Shown here piece after piece: positions 60,311 through 64,000 of a DNA stretch of 64,000 bases. Each line of letters starts with the position of its first letter. The stretch's first letter is position 1. This DNA is from an uncultured Alphaproteobacteria bacterium (GTDB lineage: Bacteria > Pseudomonadota > Alphaproteobacteria > RF32 > CAG-239), in contig CALXTQ010000009.1 in the NCBI GenBank assembly GCA_944391485.1, positions 1,319 through 65,318 on the forward strand, in the 5' to 3' direction. The notes beneath the pieces were generated by a model. It had not been told where the DNA came from. It saw only the letters and a program-made list of their open reading frames with translations, and searched no databases. A program made the translations under genes and the position numbers.

Positions 60311-61228
60311 TTAATGTTTCAGCAGTTCGCCTTTGTCAAACAGGTACTTTTCCGAGCAGAAGCTGCAAGTGGCGGCGATCTGGTTCTTTTCGCTCAGGGA
60401 TTCGATATCTTCGGGTTTGAAAGAGCTGAGCGTATTGAGCAGTTTTTCGCGGCTGCAGCGACAACCGAACCTATATTCTTTTGTTCTGGTTATTGTCAGG
60501 CTGTTGGAATGATACAGACGGTGCAGGATATCTTCGTTGCTGAGTGCGGGGTCGAAAACTTCTTCCTCCCGCAGGCTCTGCATGAAGGTAACCGCTTCGT
60601 TCCATGCTTCGTCCAAATCGGTGCCGGTCTCAATCTTTCCGCCCGTGGAAGGAAGCTTCTGCAGCATAACGCCGGCCGCTTTCCAGTCGTCGTTGTCATC
60701 CGCGGGAACATGAAGAAACAGTTTGAGATAGGTTTCTATTTGTTCCGATTGTTTGAAATAGCGTAACGCGCATTCTGTCAGGTTTTTTCCCTGTAAATCA
60801 ACAATTCCCTGATAAAGGTTCGTTCCGGCGCCTTGATCAACAGTGAAGGCCAGATGTCCCTCTCCCATCAGGTGCGGCGCCGGCTCGACCATTCCTTCGG
60901 TTTTTCGCAGTTCCTGGGCTTTTTTCAGGTGTTCTTCATCAAATTTGGCGCAGGCGCGGATTGTTCCGTCGGAAGTGATATCGACAACAATCATCGAAAC
61001 CGGTCCGTTGCTTTGGGTCTGCAGCGTGAAAAGACCCTCATATTTCAGGGCGCTGGCCAGTAAGGCTCCCAAGGCGGTGCTTTCCGCTACGACAGCAGAA
61101 ACCGGTTTGGGATAGCAATGCTTTCCCAGAATGACGTTTAAGGTTTCTTCCAAACGGACAATGCGGCCCATAAACGCGCCGTTGTCAATGTGAAAAGATG
61201 CACAGGTATCAAAATTTTTGTTAATCAA
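60311..61228 (-). CDS. hslO: redox-regulated chaperone Hsp33
   Basis: 305 aa. Hsp33 N-domain plus C-terminal zinc centre CRC...CSFC (FGCRCSREKLLNTL...ATCSFCSEKY). Confidence 0.85.
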   Translation of the reverse strand: MINKNFDTCASFHIDNGAFMGRIVRLEETLNVILGKHCYPKPVSAVVAESTALGALLASALKYEGLFTLQTQSNGPVSMIVVDITSDGTIRACAKFDEEHLKKAQELRKTEGMVEPAPHLMGEGHLAFTVDQGAGTNLYQGIVDLQGKNLTECALRYFKQSEQIETYLKLFLHVPADDNDDWKAAGVMLQKLPSTGGKIETGTDLDEAWNEAVTFMQSLREEEVFDPALSNEDILHRLYHSNSLTITRTKEYRFGCRCSREKLLNTLSSFKPEDIESLSEKNQIAATCSFCSEKYLFDKGELLKH

Positions 61229-61291
61229 TGGCAGAATCCTTTATAATATAAAAAATCAATCTGATGTTTATTTAATGTTTTTGGGGAGAAT

Positions 61292-61861
61292 TTGCAAGTG
61301 GCTGAAGAAGAGAAGACCGCCAAAAGAAAAGTCCTTCGGAAAATTACGCCGCAGAGGCTGAAAAATATAGGGCTGTATTATCTGAAACGGTTTGAATCTT
61401 CTTCCGACAATCTGCGCAGGGTTCTGCAAAAAAGAATCGACGAGTATGCCTATCAAAACCGCGATTTTGATAAAAATGAGGCTTATCAGTGGGCGGAAGA
61501 TCTTATCTGTCAGTTTGAAGGATACGGCTATCTGAACGACGAACGTTATGCGGAGATTAAAATCCGGGATTATCTTGCGGCCGGAAAGTCCGCGAGGTAC
61601 ATCAAGGGAAAACTGCAGGCAAAGGGCATCGGTGAGGAGACGGTGGAAGCTCTGCTGGAGGAACAGGAATATGATCCTTACGAGCTGGCAATAAAATTCG
61701 CGCGGAAAAAACGCATCGGCTGTTTTCGTCCGGATGAAGCCCAAAGAAAAGAGTGCCGGCAAAAAGATCTTGCGGCGATTGTCAGAGCCGGGTTCGACTA
61801 TGATATAGCCCGGAAAATCTGCGGAATGCCTGCGGAAAGCGAGTGTTCGGAAGAATTTTAG
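61292..61861 (+). CDS. recX: RecX-family regulatory protein
   Basis: Three-helix-repeat pattern (YYLKRFESSSDNLRRVLQKRI..., YLNDERYAEIKIRDYLAAGKSARYIKGKL). Apparent TTG/GTG start. The usual recA neighbour is absent, which lowers confidence. Confidence 0.65.
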   Translation: MQVAEEEKTAKRKVLRKITPQRLKNIGLYYLKRFESSSDNLRRVLQKRIDEYAYQNRDFDKNEAYQWAEDLICQFEGYGYLNDERYAEIKIRDYLAAGKSARYIKGKLQAKGIGEETVEALLEEQEYDPYELAIKFARKKRIGCFRPDEAQRKECRQKDLAAIVRAGFDYDIARKICGMPAESECSEEF

Positions 61862-61896
61862 GCACAGACGCCGGATTTCGGAAAAGGGGCACCACG

Positions 61897-62769
61897 TCAG
61901 TATACGACTTTGTTCAGGTATAATCCGCAGGCAGGCGCATTGACGCCGCCGGCGCTTCTTTTTTTGGCTTCCAGAATCGTTTTTACGTCTTCCGGACGGA
62001 GATGTCCGTCGCCGACCATTTTAAGCGTTCCGACCATGTTTCGTACCTGGTGGTGCAGAAAGGACCTGGCCTCTACCGTAAAAATAATTTCTTCGCCGCA
62101 TTGTTCAATATCCAGTCTGTCCAGCGTTTTCAGCGGAGATTTTGCCTGGCATGCCGCGGCACGAAAAGAGCTGAAGTCGTGATGGCCGAGCAGATAAGCC
62201 GCGCCCTGCCGCATTTTTTCGATATGCAGGGGAACGGGAACCCACCAGACGCGGTTCTTTTGCAGAACGGAAGGGGCCCGGCGGCAGAGAATGCGATATA
62301 TGTAACCGCGGCCTTTGGCTGAAAAGCGGGCGTGGAATCCGTCGTCAGTCTGTTCGACGTTAAGGACGCTGACCGGAGCGTTCGCCAGACGCAAATGCGC
62401 GTTGAAGGCTTCGCGAATCCGGAAGCAGTCCATTTCGGCATCAAGGTCGAAATGCGCGACCTGTCCCAAGGCATGCACGCCGGCGTCTGTCCTTCCCGCG
62501 CCCTGTATAATCGTTTTGGCGTTCAGGCCAGCCGCCGCGCTGTCGTCCGGCAGGAATTGTTCGCTGGCAGAAAGAGCTCCGGAGGTCTTATCCTGAGAGG
62601 AGACCGGAGTCAGGCTGCCGTTTTTGCCGGAGGTCTGAGCAAGAACGTGTTTTCCGGCGAAAGCGAGCAGAGCTTTTTCCAAATGTTCCTGAACGCTGGG
62701 GCCGTCCAATTGTTTTTGCCAGCCGAGCAGATCGGTTCCGTCGTATTCTATAGTAATTTTGTAACGCAT
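61897..62769 (-). CDS. truA: tRNA pseudouridine(38-40) synthase TruA
   Basis: MRYKITIEYDGTDLLGWQKQ N-terminus, catalytic GAGRTDAGVHALGQVAHFD. 290 aa. Confidence 0.85.
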   Translation of the reverse strand: MRYKITIEYDGTDLLGWQKQLDGPSVQEHLEKALLAFAGKHVLAQTSGKNGSLTPVSSQDKTSGALSASEQFLPDDSAAAGLNAKTIIQGAGRTDAGVHALGQVAHFDLDAEMDCFRIREAFNAHLRLANAPVSVLNVEQTDDGFHARFSAKGRGYIYRILCRRAPSVLQKNRVWWVPVPLHIEKMRQGAAYLLGHHDFSSFRAAACQAKSPLKTLDRLDIEQCGEEIIFTVEARSFLHHQVRNMVGTLKMVGDGHLRPEDVKTILEAKKRSAGGVNAPACGLYLNKVVY

Positions 62770-62841
62770 TTTTTATCAAAAATTAAAGGGCATGAATTCA
62801 TGCCCTTTAACCTAACTTAATTTTTTGCCGAACGCAATCTT

Positions 62842-63870
62842 TTATGCAGCGACCGCATTGTTCAATTCGCTTTTTTCGGCATTTTGGTTAAAAAAACCGA
62901 GTTTCTCCTGAATTTTCCAGACAACCCGCAGGGCATCCAGAGCATTTTGTCCCGAAATGCGCGGTGTTGCCTCGCCTTTGACGCAGCTGATAAAGTGGTT
63001 CAGTTCAGCGGTCAGCGGCTGATTGGTCGGAATGAACAATTGTTCGACAGAACCTTTCAGACCATAGTTCATCCATTCAGGCAGATTTTCATTGTTAACA
63101 TAAGGCATGCGTCCCTGAGAGTGAACATTGATGCTCTGGTTGATAAAGTCCATGTCAATGTAGTTTGTGTCGGTTGTAACCGTCAGCGTGCGGACGCGGG
63201 CCTGCGTAATGCGGCTGGCCGTGATGTTGGCAGTCGCGCCGTTGGCAAATTCAAGCAGAGCCGTAATGTAATCTTTGCCGGCAGGATGGTCGCTTGTTTT
63301 GACGGAAGCGGCGTGAATGTTGACAACCGGGGATTTTACTAGAGACTGGATTACTTCAACGTCGTGAATCATCAGATCCATGGCGACGTCCACATCGGTA
63401 ATGCGTCCGCTGGCGGCAGACATGCGCTGCGCTGTCAGCGAGCGGATTTTAGAGGTGTCGGACAGTAATTTGCCCATCTGTTCAACGGCGGGGTTAAAGC
63501 GCTCGATATGGCCGACCAAAAGGGTAACTTTGTTTTTGGCAGCGGCGCTGATCAGACGCTGGCATTCTTCTTCCGTGCAGGCAAGAGGCTTTTCCATCAT
63601 GCAGTGGATGCCTTTGTTCAGAAAAAATTCTCCGACGTCGGCGTGCGTAACGGATGTGGTAACGACGCTGACGGCGTCAACTTTTTTGGCAACTTCTTCC
63701 ATTGAGGAAAAAGCTTTGATCCCGAAAGTTTCGGCAGCAGCTTTGGCCGCGTCGGGAAAAATATCATAAACGCCGACCAGTTCGACGCCCGGCAGGGACT
63801 TGTATGTCTTGATATGATTCTTGCCCATCATTCCGGCGCCGATGACGGCTACTTTTATGTTTTTAGTCAT
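62842..63870 (-). CDS. Gfo/Idh/MocA-family NAD(P)-dependent oxidoreductase
   Basis: N-terminal Rossmann VAVIGAGMMGKNHI, the EKP motif (CMMEKPLA) and a C-terminal GFO_IDH_MocA_C-like domain. 342 aa. Confidence 0.75.
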   Translation of the reverse strand: MTKNIKVAVIGAGMMGKNHIKTYKSLPGVELVGVYDIFPDAAKAAAETFGIKAFSSMEEVAKKVDAVSVVTTSVTHADVGEFFLNKGIHCMMEKPLACTEEECQRLISAAAKNKVTLLVGHIERFNPAVEQMGKLLSDTSKIRSLTAQRMSAASGRITDVDVAMDLMIHDVEVIQSLVKSPVVNIHAASVKTSDHPAGKDYITALLEFANGATANITASRITQARVRTLTVTTDTNYIDMDFINQSINVHSQGRMPYVNNENLPEWMNYGLKGSVEQLFIPTNQPLTAELNHFISCVKGEATPRISGQNALDALRVVWKIQEKLGFFNQNAEKSELNNAVAA

Positions 63871-64000
63871 GAAATTTACCTCTAAAGTTACATGTGGCTT
63901 TAAATTTGGTTTACTTATAGCAAATTTCTTGCTAAAAAGCTTTTAAAATGTTGTTACATAATGTTACAGTGTTTTTAAAGTCGTATTTGCCATGCTTTTT

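Noticed and set aside
1-64000. CRISPR arrays, transposases/IS elements, prophage integrases, tRNA or rRNA genes
   Set aside because: Scanning all intergenic regions found no spacer-repeat periodicity, no DDE/HUH transposase-like ORFs, no integrase other than the housekeeping-type xerD, and no cloverleaf/T-loop (GGTTCGAnTCC) signatures.

Overview
This 64 kb window reads as a mostly syntenic core-chromosome segment of a Gram-negative bacterium with about 50% GC. Gene order points to an alphaproteobacterium: lptG-lptD-surA-ksgA, rpsF-rpsR-rplI with no priB, rplY-pth-ychF, a CarD/CdnL regulator, AddAB instead of RecBCD, and the rimP-nusA-ylxR-infB-rbfA-truB-rpsO-pnp operon. Nearly all large ORFs fall into clear housekeeping families: aroK, xerD, rsmA, surA, lptD, lptG, grpE, rph, rdgB, addBA, trxA, hemW, hslVU, comM, rpsF/rpsR/rplI, fabG/fabD, ftsK, pth, ychF, trmL, carD, apaG, hslO, recX, truA. 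The exception is a complete three-subunit electron-bifurcating-type [FeFe]-hydrogenase operon (NuoE-like, NuoF-like and H-cluster HydA) at 9.8-13.8 kb. Other unusual elements: an uncharacterised three-gene block between xerD and ksgA (2.0-4.1 kb); a 679-aa GT5 glycogen/starch-synthase-like protein with large insertions and no glg partner genes; a secreted Cys/Pro-rich 731-aa protein whose C-terminal trypsin-like domain has lost its catalytic residues, in an apparent operon with a lipoprotein and comM; a 1.1 kb non-coding gap after rplI holding about 2.7 copies of a ~93-95 bp G-rich tandem repeat and a hairpin-dense putative ncRNA bounded by terminators; two small membrane-protein genes plus a structured leader ahead of a short-form L25 gene; and a GT2 glycosyltransferase inserted into the rplY-pth-ychF cluster. 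No tRNA or rRNA gene, CRISPR array, transposase or prophage signature was found. All calls come from reading the sequence and ORF translations by eye (motifs, gene order, hairpins); no database search was possible.
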